IMG/VR virus record: IMGVR_UViG_3300002098_001352
Span: 1-25,706 of that record
Strand: one strand, 5' to 3'
Origin: a virus
Taxonomy: Duplodnaviria; Caudoviricetes
DNA: 25,706 nt
A program made the position numbers and the translations under genes. The notes below the pieces were generated by a model. That model ran no database searches. It saw only the letters and a program-made list of their open reading frames with translations, and was not told the DNA's origin. Within the stretch, counting starts at the first letter, position 1; each line of letters opens with the position of its first letter. Below, piece by piece: positions 1 through 8,977 of the stretch.

Positions 1-68
1 TATTGGTAGAAATAATGTCATCTAACATTGAACAGGAAGTAATTGATGAAGCTGGAACAGACAATTAA
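1..68 (+). CDS. 3' end of upstream gene (partial; position suggests the small gene lying between uvsX and gp41, possibly gp40-like)
   Basis: Frame from nt 3 reads LVEIMSSNIEQEVIDEAGTDN-TAA(66-68). Identity inferred from synteny only. Confidence 0.55.
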   Translation, partial: LVEIMSSNIEQEVIDEAGTDN

Positions 69-646
69 TTAATTCTACATTTATCAAAATGCCATTGTTT
101 CATTTGAGGAAAACCACCAATTTTATTACAATGAGGACATTGAATTTTTTGTTTTGTTTTTCCAATATTAGATTTTGATATATTTTGTTTGTGTTCTTCG
201 GTTAAAGGTAGAACACAATTGATTCTAGGTTTACTTAATAATAGTTTTCTTTCTTCACTTAATGGTTTGCCTTTATTCTTTGCAATTTGATTACCTAACA
301 TAATAATTTTTCTTTTTTGTTTTTCTTCATCAGATTGTATTCTATGTAATCCAAAAACACCTTCACCACCCAAAGTTGAATTGTATCCATTTTTGAATGA
401 ATCATATTCTGCAATAAAATATGGTTCCATAATTTTTAAAGTATGTTCTCTATCTTTAGATTGATATAAAATTGACCATTCAAAATTTTCCCAACCATGT
501 TTTGAAATTGCATTATAAAATTTATAACGCATCTTTTTATGATTAGATTTATGTATTTTTTGCCTATTTGGCCATTGACTGTCAAAACCTATGTAAACTT
601 TACCGTTTATTGTATTGACACATTTGTAAATTGTATATATAATCAT
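65..646 (-). CDS. Free-standing GIY-YIG (Seg-like) homing endonuclease
   Basis: N-terminal 'TIYKCVNTINGKVYIG', conserved R (NRQKIH), 'FYNAISKHGWENF', 'E..FI..YDS..NGYN..GG', NUMOD3-like 'LTEEHKQNISKS', C-terminal 'CPHC...HFDKC' Zn motif. SD GAGGAG 8 nt upstream. The only credible minus-strand gene in the window. Confidence 0.9.
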   Translation of the reverse strand: MIIYTIYKCVNTINGKVYIGFDSQWPNRQKIHKSNHKKMRYKFYNAISKHGWENFEWSILYQSKDREHTLKIMEPYFIAEYDSFKNGYNSTLGGEGVFGLHRIQSDEEKQKRKIIMLGNQIAKNKGKPLSEERKLLLSKPRINCVLPLTEEHKQNISKSNIGKTKQKIQCPHCNKIGGFPQMKQWHFDKCRIN

Positions 647-706
647 GCTGATATCTCCTCAAAAGATGTTAGAGTGGGTGCGAACGGCAATTCGGCGACC
701 TACACC

Positions 707-714
707 TATTTATA
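707..714 (-). promoter_or_regulatory. T4-type late promoter TATAAATA for the homing endonuclease
   Basis: Plus strand TATTTATA at 707-714 is the perfect consensus on the minus strand, 60 nt upstream of the endonuclease ATG. Confidence 0.8.
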
Positions 715-723
715 TGGAATATT

Positions 724-2118
724 ATGCGACTTGAACAAACAATCTTAAAAAACCTAATCTACAATGATGATTACCTACGTAAAGTATTACCATTTCTAAA
801 GACAGATTATTTTACAGACAGAACTGACAGGACACTTTTTGATGAAATTACATCATTCACAAACAATTACAATTCTCCGCCAACGGTTGAAGCACTTGTA
901 TTGGCCGTCAAAGAAAGGCGAAATCTCACAGATGATGAAGTGGAGAAGTGTGAAACTTATCTACAAGAGATTGAGAAAACTAAAGGTGAAGAATCCAAGG
1001 TTCAATGGCTTGTTGACAAGACCGAACAATTTTGCCAAGAAAAGGCCATATACAACGCTGTATTGGGGTCTATTTCAATCCTTGATGGTAAGGACAAAAC
1101 GAATGACAAAGGCTCGATTCCCAAAATATTATCGGACGCCTTGGCGGTAACCTTTGATACTTCCGTTGGCCACGATTACCTTGAAAACTCCGATGAACGA
1201 TATGAATTCTATCATAGAAAAGAAGAAAGAATTCCATTTGACCTTGATATCTTTAATCAGATAACGAAAGGTGGTTTACCAAAGAAAACACTGAACATTG
1301 CTCTTGCAGGAACTGGTGTTGGTAAATCATTGTTCATGTGTCACGTTGCGGCTGGTGCCATGGTACTAGGCAAGAATGTCTTGTACATCACCATGGAAAT
1401 GGCTGAAGAAAAGATTGCTGAACGTATTGATGCCAATATGTTGAATGTGACTATTGATGACCTTATGAGTTTGCCGAAAGATATGTATGATAAAAAGATT
1501 TCTAAACTTCGTGAAAAGACTGTTGGCAAACTTATCATTAAAGAGTATCCAACAGCGTCTGCAAGCAGCATACATTTTCGTGCCTTACTCAATGAACTTA
1601 ATCTTAAAAAGTCTTTCGTGCCTGATATTATTTTTATTGATTATCTTAACATTTGTTGTAGTTCTAGGATTAAAGCAGGAGCAAATGTCAACTCATATTC
1701 CTACGTTAAATCCATCGCCGAGGAGTTGCGAGGTCTTGCCGTTGAGTTCGGAGTACCTATTGTTTCTGCGACACAAACAACTAGAAGTGGATTTACTTCT
1801 TCCGATCCCGGACTTGAGGACACAAGTGAGTCTTTTGGTTTGCCGGCAACCGCAGATATGATGTTTGCTTTGATTTCTTCCGAAGAACTGGAAGAACTTG
1901 GCCAGATTATGGTGAAACAATTAAAGAATCGTTATGCCGATCCAACATTTCATAAAAGATTTACTTTGGGTATTGACCGAGCAAAGATGAGACTGTATGA
2001 TGTTGAACAATCAGCACAAGAAGGTTTGGCTGATGCAGGTCATACAGATAAACCATTGAACACATTTGGTGACCGTGAAAAACCACAGAAAAAACAATTT
2101 ACTGGATTTAAGGTATGA
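724..2118 (+). CDS. 41: T4 gp41-like replicative DNA helicase (DnaB family)
   Basis: Walker A 'AGTGVGKS', 'VLYITMEM', 'IIKEYPT', Walker B 'IFIDYL', 'SATQTTR', 'QLKNRY'. Confidence 0.97.
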   Translation: MRLEQTILKNLIYNDDYLRKVLPFLKTDYFTDRTDRTLFDEITSFTNNYNSPPTVEALVLAVKERRNLTDDEVEKCETYLQEIEKTKGEESKVQWLVDKTEQFCQEKAIYNAVLGSISILDGKDKTNDKGSIPKILSDALAVTFDTSVGHDYLENSDERYEFYHRKEERIPFDLDIFNQITKGGLPKKTLNIALAGTGVGKSLFMCHVAAGAMVLGKNVLYITMEMAEEKIAERIDANMLNVTIDDLMSLPKDMYDKKISKLREKTVGKLIIKEYPTASASSIHFRALLNELNLKKSFVPDIIFIDYLNICCSSRIKAGANVNSYSYVKSIAEELRGLAVEFGVPIVSATQTTRSGFTSSDPGLEDTSESFGLPATADMMFALISSEELEELGQIMVKQLKNRYADPTFHKRFTLGIDRAKMRLYDVEQSAQEGLADAGHTDKPLNTFGDREKPQKKQFTGFKV

Positions 2119-3221
2119 AATTAGAATTTGATGATGCAGTACATTGTGCCAAAGTATTTGAAGATTACTTTGGTAACTTTGACCGTATTGATGAGTATAT
2201 GCGTGACCAGAAATTGAATTCTCTGGCCGAACTTCCATCCAATCCTTTGTTTCCAATTGAAGATGAGTTGTTTCAGAATTTCACCATGCATCCAAAAGAT
2301 ATGGATTTTGAAGCTATTGAAATTGATAATGAAACATGGACTAATCTACTAAACATTACCTCATCACACGTAAACATTCCACCAGTTGGTCGTAATGTCA
2401 AACTTGCTGTGCGTGAAACAAACACAGGAAAGTACGTAGGATTCATCCGTCTTGGTTCACCTGTAATCAACTGTAAACCTCGTAATGATATGCTTGGACA
2501 AGTGTTTACACAGAATCCTGCATGGGGTAAACGGTTCAATAACTCTGCAATGATGGGTTTTGTTATCGTACCTGCACAACCATTTGGTTACAATTACCTT
2601 GGTGGTAAACTTCTGGCTGCAATCTGCACATCACATGAGGTACGTGAGATTGTGAATAAGAAATATGATATGAACCTTTGTCTGTTTGAAACAACAAGTC
2701 TCTATGGAAGTTCCAAGACTGTTTCACAATATGATGGTATGAAACCATATATTCGTTACAAAGGTTTAACTGATTCTGATTTTCTACCTATGATGCACGG
2801 TAAACCTTATTCAGAACTCCGTGATTTCGTACAAACAAGGACTGGTCCTTTGGTTGAGGATGATGCTTCTAGTAAGAAGCTAAAAATCTCCATGAAGATT
2901 ATATCACTTACTAAAGCAGCACTTAAAGGTACTCCTGAAGGCGGCACATTCCAAGCAACGATTGAGAAGGCTAAAGGGTTGACAGAGCAGAAAAGATATT
3001 ATACTAGTGATTATGGTTTTAAGAACATGGTTGACTATGTAAACTGTAAGACGGACGTGCTTATTCCTGGTGAAAACTATGAAAAACACAATCTGGTAAA
3101 CTTGATTGAATGGTGGCGAAATAAGGCTTGCAATCGGTATGAAACTCTGTACAATGAGAACCGGTTAAAAACAGAACTGGAGATTTGGACATCTGGAAAG
3201 GACATCCAAATTATCAGATAA
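2115..3221 (+). CDS. DUF4338 / Druantia DruA-like protein of T4-like phages
   Basis: Motifs 'GFIRLGSP', 'PAQPFGYNYLGGKLLA', 'FETTSLYG..SQYDG'. ATGA overlap couples it to gp41. Confidence 0.65.
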   Translation: MKLEFDDAVHCAKVFEDYFGNFDRIDEYMRDQKLNSLAELPSNPLFPIEDELFQNFTMHPKDMDFEAIEIDNETWTNLLNITSSHVNIPPVGRNVKLAVRETNTGKYVGFIRLGSPVINCKPRNDMLGQVFTQNPAWGKRFNNSAMMGFVIVPAQPFGYNYLGGKLLAAICTSHEVREIVNKKYDMNLCLFETTSLYGSSKTVSQYDGMKPYIRYKGLTDSDFLPMMHGKPYSELRDFVQTRTGPLVEDDASSKKLKISMKIISLTKAALKGTPEGGTFQATIEKAKGLTEQKRYYTSDYGFKNMVDYVNCKTDVLIPGENYEKHNLVNLIEWWRNKACNRYETLYNENRLKTELEIWTSGKDIQIIR

Positions 3222-3224
3222 ATA
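3217..3224 (+). promoter_or_regulatory. Probable late promoter (GATAAATA, 7/8 match to TATAAATA)
   Basis: Overlaps the stop of 2115..3221, about 20 nt before SD GAGG and ATG 3244. It heads a gap-free gene run to 11200. Confidence 0.55.
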
Positions 3225-3243
3225 CTTTCTTTGAGGGTTATTC

Positions 3244-4323
3244 ATGGCCTATACATTTTTTCCAAAGACTGCAACCGAGATTAAACAAACACTAAAGGGT
3301 GATAAAGCAAAGATAGATGAAATCATCAATGTCTTTGCTTACCTAAAAGATAAGTTTAAGAAAGTTGAGTCACCAATCAATATTGATCCTGCATCTATTG
3401 CTAAGATTAATGTGACAAGAGATTTACAAACCGAAATTGACCTTGGAAAAATAAAAAGAGAAACCAAAGTATCAAAAATTACAATGAAATTTGGTTCTGG
3501 TTCATCTGGCGGCCGAGGTGTACAGAACAAAGGTAATGCATATGAAGGACAGTTGGCTGAAGCCATCAAAGAATGGTGGGGTGGAAATAAAATTGCTGAT
3601 GCAAAATTATCACAAGCGGTTAATGATATTGTAAAATTACACAAACTCGATAAATGCAAAAAACTTGAAGTTAAAATGGTTGGTGAATTAAATAATAAAA
3701 GACCATTTATTTTTTCACCACAAGTTTTAATTTCATCCAAAATACCAATAACTGATAATAATTTGGGGCCAGTTGTTACCGATGTTACTTTGGTATGTGA
3801 TGGTAAAAATGAAATATATTTGAGTTTGAAAACAGGTGGTACAGTTACATTCTTTAATTCTGGTATTCGTACCGTTCTTTCACCTCAAGAAATTAAAAGT
3901 GGTAGAATTACCAATAAAGATGGTTTGAAGATTCTCAATATGTTTAATATCAATGATGCTCTATTTTGTGACATTTATAACGGTAATCTTAAAAAAGGTT
4001 ATGTTGAAGATGTTTGGAAAACAATGTCACAGAAACAAAAAAATGAACTGAAAAACTTTTTAATTTCTGGTGTTGGCCATGGTTATACTATTGTTCATAA
4101 GCTGACTAGTAAGACAGAAGTATATGAGATTGATAAAAAATATATGACAGAGGCTGCAACACCTACATCTTGTAATGTATATTATGGAGGTAAATCAGGA
4201 TTGGGTAAACGTATTGACATGGAAATTGAAACAGGTCATTACATTCTTAAACTAAACATACGTGATACACAAGGTGGTGATGGTTATCCCACTCGTATGA
4301 TGTGTGACTATTCTTACAAATAA
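3244..4323 (+). CDS. Hypothetical protein with PD-(D/E)xK restriction-endonuclease-like signature
   Basis: 'GNAYEGQL' helix, 'VTDVTL', 'IYLSLK' fit the E...D...(S)xK arrangement. Function is inferred. Confidence 0.55.
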   Translation: MAYTFFPKTATEIKQTLKGDKAKIDEIINVFAYLKDKFKKVESPINIDPASIAKINVTRDLQTEIDLGKIKRETKVSKITMKFGSGSSGGRGVQNKGNAYEGQLAEAIKEWWGGNKIADAKLSQAVNDIVKLHKLDKCKKLEVKMVGELNNKRPFIFSPQVLISSKIPITDNNLGPVVTDVTLVCDGKNEIYLSLKTGGTVTFFNSGIRTVLSPQEIKSGRITNKDGLKILNMFNINDALFCDIYNGNLKKGYVEDVWKTMSQKQKNELKNFLISGVGHGYTIVHKLTSKTEVYEIDKKYMTEAATPTSCNVYYGGKSGLGKRIDMEIETGHYILKLNIRDTQGGDGYPTRMMCDYSYK

Positions 4324-4325
4324 TT

Positions 4326-4607
4326 ATGCCATTAACAGAATTTGATAAAGTTATGAAAGAATACCAGGATCTGGAAGATGATTTTGGTTTCTCTGCTGTA
4401 TCCGAAGCGGAATACAATTCAGTAATCAACAAGACAGCCGAGACTGCTGATGATTATAAAACACGATTATCGGAAGTGGAGAAGATGATTATCCCTTTCC
4501 TAAAGAAACTACATAGTACAGGTGATAAAGAATATATCTACTGGCCTAACCGTAAACCTGCAATTGAAAAACAAATAGAGAAGATATTAAAACTGACTAG
4601 AGGTTGA
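4326..4607 (+). CDS. Small conserved phage hypothetical protein
   Basis: Tightly packed ORF with 'DDFGFSAVSE' and 'IIPFLKKL...KEYIYWPNR'. Confidence 0.75.
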   Translation: MPLTEFDKVMKEYQDLEDDFGFSAVSEAEYNSVINKTAETADDYKTRLSEVEKMIIPFLKKLHSTGDKEYIYWPNRKPAIEKQIEKILKLTRG

Positions 4608-4609
4608 TT

Positions 4610-5320
4610 ATGAGTGCTACTGTGATTATACCAACTACGGGTGTACCGGAGTTGAAAGGGGCTGTTCAATCCGTACTTGAACAAACCTATGAAACAAAAT
4701 GTTATGTTGTCGCTGATGGCATCAAACACCATTCCAAAACAAGAATCATTACAGATGATTTTCTTTCCAGAAAGAACTTGGAAAGATGTTATCTACCCAT
4801 CAATGTCGGTGCCAACGGATTCTATGGCCACCGAGTCTATGCTGCTTTCACACACCTGATTGATACCGATTACGTACTGTATCTGGACCAAGATTGTTGG
4901 TTGGAACCAGAACACGTAGAAATGTGTATCAACACAATCAAAGAAAAGAAACTTGATTGGACATATTCCCTTAGAAAAATCTGTGACAAAGATGGTAACT
5001 ATATCACCAATGATGACTGTGAATCACTTGGTAAATGGCAAACTTACCATGGAACTAACCATATAGATACTAATTGCTATTGCCTTAGGACAGAAATTGC
5101 GATAAAATTAGCACAAGTATGGCATGGTGGCTGGGGACAAGATAGAGTTTGGTTACAGGCTCTTTCACAATACTTTCCTAATTTTGATTGTACTGGTAAG
5201 TATACAGTGAATTATAGGGTAGATGGAAATCCAGGTTCTGTTAACGCAGACTTTTTCCACAATGGTAATAAAATAATGAATGACAAATATAATGGAGTTT
5301 TCCCATGGCGAAAAATTTAA
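4610..5320 (+). CDS. GT2-family (GT-A fold) glycosyltransferase
   Basis: 'ATVIIPT', 'AVQSVLEQT', 'VVADG', DxD motif 'YLDQD'. ATG 4610 has SD GAGG and is preferred over TTG 4604. Confidence 0.85.
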   Translation: MSATVIIPTTGVPELKGAVQSVLEQTYETKCYVVADGIKHHSKTRIITDDFLSRKNLERCYLPINVGANGFYGHRVYAAFTHLIDTDYVLYLDQDCWLEPEHVEMCINTIKEKKLDWTYSLRKICDKDGNYITNDDCESLGKWQTYHGTNHIDTNCYCLRTEIAIKLAQVWHGGWGQDRVWLQALSQYFPNFDCTGKYTVNYRVDGNPGSVNADFFHNGNKIMNDKYNGVFPWRKI

Positions 5321-6162
5321 TAATCGGTGCTTTTACAGGATACAATTACAATCAATTAAAACCTTGGGTTGAATCTATTGATTTGTGTGACTTCAAAGGC
5401 AGTAAAGTAATGATTGTTGGTGATGCATCAAATGATACATGTGAACATCTCATACATCATGGTTTTGAATTGATTGCAATGCCAAAAATCAATGCACCAA
5501 TTCATGTTGCAAGGTTCTGGTCAATCTATGATTATCTTTATCGTAATCCAATATATGATATTGTTGTAACCACCGATGTTAAAGATGTTTATTTCCAAAG
5601 AGATCCATGTAAATGGATTGTTGATAACAGAGGTGACAAATCTTTGGTAGCTGGTTCGGAATCCATACGATACAAAGATGAATCGTGGGGTGATGAAAAC
5701 TTACTTCAAACTTACGGACCAGAAGTTTATCAAAGATTCAAAGACAACATCATTTTTAACGTAGGAACCATTGGTGGTAAATCTCATTATGTTAGAGATA
5801 TGTGTTTCAACATATTCACTAATGCAATCAACAGGCCAATTCCTATCGTTGACCAGGCGGTCTATAATGTGTTACTGAACACACAACCATATAAAGATAG
5901 TGTGTTGTTTACCAACCAAGAAGATGGATGGGCAGTACAACTTGGTACAACTGGTGACCCATCAAAGATAAAACAATTCAGGCCATTCTTAACTGAACCA
6001 GAACCAATCTTTAATTACGAAACAAAACAGATTACCACAACAGATGGAACACCACATTGTATTGTACACCAATATGACCGTGTACCAGTTTGGAAAAAAT
6101 TGGTAATGGACAAGTTCGGCCAGGAAGACCCAAACAATTTCTTTACATATAGGACAGTATAA
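5305..6162 (+). CDS. Putative GT-A fold glycosyltransferase
   Basis: 'VTTDVKDVYFQRDP', 'FNVGTIGG', 'DQAVYN', 'IVHQYDR' motifs typical of nucleotide-diphospho-sugar transferases. Confidence 0.7.
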   Translation: MAKNLIIGAFTGYNYNQLKPWVESIDLCDFKGSKVMIVGDASNDTCEHLIHHGFELIAMPKINAPIHVARFWSIYDYLYRNPIYDIVVTTDVKDVYFQRDPCKWIVDNRGDKSLVAGSESIRYKDESWGDENLLQTYGPEVYQRFKDNIIFNVGTIGGKSHYVRDMCFNIFTNAINRPIPIVDQAVYNVLLNTQPYKDSVLFTNQEDGWAVQLGTTGDPSKIKQFRPFLTEPEPIFNYETKQITTTDGTPHCIVHQYDRVPVWKKLVMDKFGQEDPNNFFTYRTV

Positions 6163-6722
6163 TGAGTGACGTTATTAGATTCAATACAGAAACACAAGCC
6201 TTTGGCACACAAAATCTATGTTCAGGTTATGGCCTTGGTGCCATGATTAAGAACATGGTTAATCCAGTTGGTTTAGAAATAGGTTGTGATATTGGTGATA
6301 CAAGTAATTTTCTACTTGACTCCAATCCAACACTTGATTTGACTTCAATTGATCCATATGAAAATTATGTTGATTGGAACGGGAATCATCTTGCCGGTCG
6401 TGAAGAAATGTATTATAATGTATTGAAACGATTGGATGGTTATTCAAATCGTTTTGAATTGGTTCGTAGGACATCTGATGATGCCGTTGAGATGTTTGTA
6501 GATGAACAGTTTGATATCATCTTTATTGATGGCCTACATACATACGAACAATTAACTAAAGACTGTGCAAATTACTATTCTAAGTTGAAAACAGGTGGTA
6601 TATTTGCAGGACATGATTTCACTGCAATTGAAGGTGTTAATCGTGCAGCCAAAGAGTTTGCAGCACAAGTTGGCAAAGAAATTCTTTTGACTGAAAAAGA
6701 TGTTTGGTACTGGATAAAATAA
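6162..6722 (+). CDS. Class I SAM-dependent methyltransferase (Methyltransf_24-like, probable sugar O-methyltransferase)
   Basis: 'GLEIGCDIG', 'SIDPY', 'FDIIFIDGLHTYE', 'LKTGGIFAGHDF'. Confidence 0.85.
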   Translation: MSDVIRFNTETQAFGTQNLCSGYGLGAMIKNMVNPVGLEIGCDIGDTSNFLLDSNPTLDLTSIDPYENYVDWNGNHLAGREEMYYNVLKRLDGYSNRFELVRRTSDDAVEMFVDEQFDIIFIDGLHTYEQLTKDCANYYSKLKTGGIFAGHDFTAIEGVNRAAKEFAAQVGKEILLTEKDVWYWIK

Positions 6723-6737
6723 TTATTGGAGTTTGAT

Positions 6738-7772
6738 ATGAGTAAAAATGTTTTGATTACAGGTGGTTGTGGATTTATTGCACACCACGTTATTGATTTG
6801 TTGATTCAGAAAACAGATTGGAATATTACTACACTTGACCGTTTAGATTATTCTGGCAATCTGAATCGTTTAAGTGAAGTGTTGGAAAAATATGATGCAC
6901 AAACCAGAAAACGTGTTAACATTGTTTTTCACGACCTGAAGGCTGAAATTAATCCTTTGGTTGGTAACTTCATTCACAAGAATGGTAAGATTGATACTAT
7001 TCTTCATCTTGCGGCTTCGTCACACGTTGACCGTTCAATCACACATCCGATGGAATTCATTCTAGACAATACCATTGGTACTGCACACTTACTTGAGTTT
7101 TCTCGTAGATTAGATAGTTTGGAAACATTCTTGTATTTCAGTACTGATGAAATCTTTGGTTCTGCACCTCCAGGTGTTGCATATGATGAACGTGCAAGAT
7201 ACAATTCTACAAATCCTTATTCTGCATCTAAGGCAGCTGCCGAAGAATTTTGTGTTGCATATGAAAACACATACAAGATGCCTATGATGATTACACACAC
7301 AATGAATGTGTTTGGTGAACGTCAGACTCCAGAGAAGTTTATTCCTTTGTGTGTTGACCGTGTCCGCAAAAACGAAAAGATTTACATTCACTCAAATGCG
7401 GACCGTACAGAGGCAGGTAGTCGTTTCTATATTCATGCAGCTGATGTTGCCGAAGCATTGTTGTTCCTGATTACAAAGAAACCACAATCACCGTCTGACT
7501 ATGGCCACGCTAAATGTGCCAAATTTAATATCGTTGGTAAAGAAGAGGTTGATAACTTGACTTTAGCAAAACTTGTTGCACAAGCACAAGGTAAAGAATT
7601 GAATTATGAAATGATTGATTTCCATAACTCAAGACCAGGACATGATTTGCGTTATGCACTGGATGGTAGTCTAATGAGGTCGTTAGGTTGGGAACCAACG
7701 ATTGCATTTAGTGAAAGAATTAAACAAGTAAGTGATTGGTACTTACAGAATACAAGGTGGCTAGAACTATGA
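6738..7772 (+). CDS. rmlB: NDP-glucose 4,6-dehydratase (RmlB-like extended SDR)
   Basis: 'LITGGCGFIA', 'HLAASSHVDRS', 'FSTDE', 'YSASK', 'RPGHDLRYA'. ATG 6738 follows SD GGAG. Confidence 0.88.
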   Translation: MSKNVLITGGCGFIAHHVIDLLIQKTDWNITTLDRLDYSGNLNRLSEVLEKYDAQTRKRVNIVFHDLKAEINPLVGNFIHKNGKIDTILHLAASSHVDRSITHPMEFILDNTIGTAHLLEFSRRLDSLETFLYFSTDEIFGSAPPGVAYDERARYNSTNPYSASKAAAEEFCVAYENTYKMPMMITHTMNVFGERQTPEKFIPLCVDRVRKNEKIYIHSNADRTEAGSRFYIHAADVAEALLFLITKKPQSPSDYGHAKCAKFNIVGKEEVDNLTLAKLVAQAQGKELNYEMIDFHNSRPGHDLRYALDGSLMRSLGWEPTIAFSERIKQVSDWYLQNTRWLEL

Positions 7773-8977
7773 ATGATTGCGAAGTAATTAATGAATGTAT
7801 TGCATGTGGTAGTACAGAACTTGTTCCTGTTTTGGATTTGGGTTCACAACCACTAGCAAATTCCTATAAGAAAACTAAAGACGAAGTTTTAACAGATTAT
7901 CCATTAGCGATTAATCGTTGTAAACATTGTTTCCATGTGCAGCTGACACATCGTGTTAACCCCGATTTAATGTTCAAAGATTACTTGTATGTTTCAGGAA
8001 CAACAAAAACACAATTGGATTATTTTGATTGGTTTGCCAGATTTGCATCTGAAAAGTATGGATCAAAACCAGTTTCTGCTTTAGACATTGGTTGTAATGA
8101 TGGAAGTCAGTTAGACTACTTCAAAAAATATGGTGCATACACTTTTGGTGTTGACCCAGCTGAAAATCTATATGCAACCTCATCAAAGAATCATACCATT
8201 GTTTGTGACTATTTCACAGGCAAAGAATTTGGTAATAAGAAATTTGATGTCATTACTTGTCAGAACGCATTTGCACACAACTTCAATCAATTGGAATTAT
8301 TGGAGAATGTCAGAAACGTAATGCATGATGATAGTTTATTGTTTGCAACCACATCACAGTCTGATATGATTCTGAATGGTGAGTTTGATACAATTTACCA
8401 TGAACACCTCTCTTTCTATAATATCAAATCAATTGATGCTCTTTGTAAGAGAGCCAATTTGAACTTGGTGGATGTTGTTAAGAGTCCAGTACATGGAACA
8501 AGTTATATCTTCATCATATCAAAATCAAAATCTGCACCTGCACACATTTCAAATCTAATTGAACTTGAGGCACAAAAAGGTCTTTACACTGAAAAGACAT
8601 ACGAAGATTATGCAACTGATTGTTTGAATAATGTAAAACAATTTGCATCAATCATTAGAGATATGAGAAATACTGGTGTTCCTGTGGTTGGTTATGGTGC
8701 ACCGGCCAAAGGTAATACACTAATGAATTTTGCACAAGAAGGTCCTGACTTTATTATTGATGACAATCCTTTGAAACAAGGAATGTTCACACCTGGAAGT
8801 TCTGTGCCTATCTTTGGTACTGAATATCTAAAATCGGAATTTGGTGACGTTGATAAACTTTGTATCATTCCTCTTGCATGGAATTTTTACAATGAAATCA
8901 AAATGAGAACCAAGAATATCCGACCAAACAAGAATGATATTTTTGTACGTTACTTCCCAGAGTTTAAGGTTGAATAA
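7769..8977 (+). CDS. NDP-hexose C-methyltransferase (TcaB9/KijD1-type architecture)
   Basis: Zn motif 'CIACG...CKHC', 'LDIGCNDG', 'FDTIYHEHLSFY', 'GYGAPAKGNT', 'DDNPLKQG', 'LAWNF'. Start placed at the ATGA overlap, 7769. Confidence 0.88.
   Translation: MNDCEVINECIACGSTELVPVLDLGSQPLANSYKKTKDEVLTDYPLAINRCKHCFHVQLTHRVNPDLMFKDYLYVSGTTKTQLDYFDWFARFASEKYGSKPVSALDIGCNDGSQLDYFKKYGAYTFGVDPAENLYATSSKNHTIVCDYFTGKEFGNKKFDVITCQNAFAHNFNQLELLENVRNVMHDDSLLFATTSQSDMILNGEFDTIYHEHLSFYNIKSIDALCKRANLNLVDVVKSPVHGTSYIFIISKSKSAPAHISNLIELEAQKGLYTEKTYEDYATDCLNNVKQFASIIRDMRNTGVPVVGYGAPAKGNTLMNFAQEGPDFIIDDNPLKQGMFTPGSSVPIFGTEYLKSEFGDVDKLCIIPLAWNFYNEIKMRTKNIRPNKNDIFVRYFPEFKVE

Noticed and set aside
65-723. Group I intron interrupting gp41
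   Set aside because: The endonuclease is antisense and fills almost the whole insert, no P7/core elements are visible, and gp41 has its own intact start at 724.
539-748. 69-aa + strand ORF overlapping the endonuclease and the gp41 start
   Set aside because: Antisense shadow crossing the regulatory leader, with no SD or recognisable motif.
839-1861. Alternative-frame ORFs 839..1150 and 1487..1861 inside gp41, with some GC-richer patches
   Set aside because: No convincing SD and no protein-like features; they overlap the highly constrained helicase. Kept only as a weak possibility.
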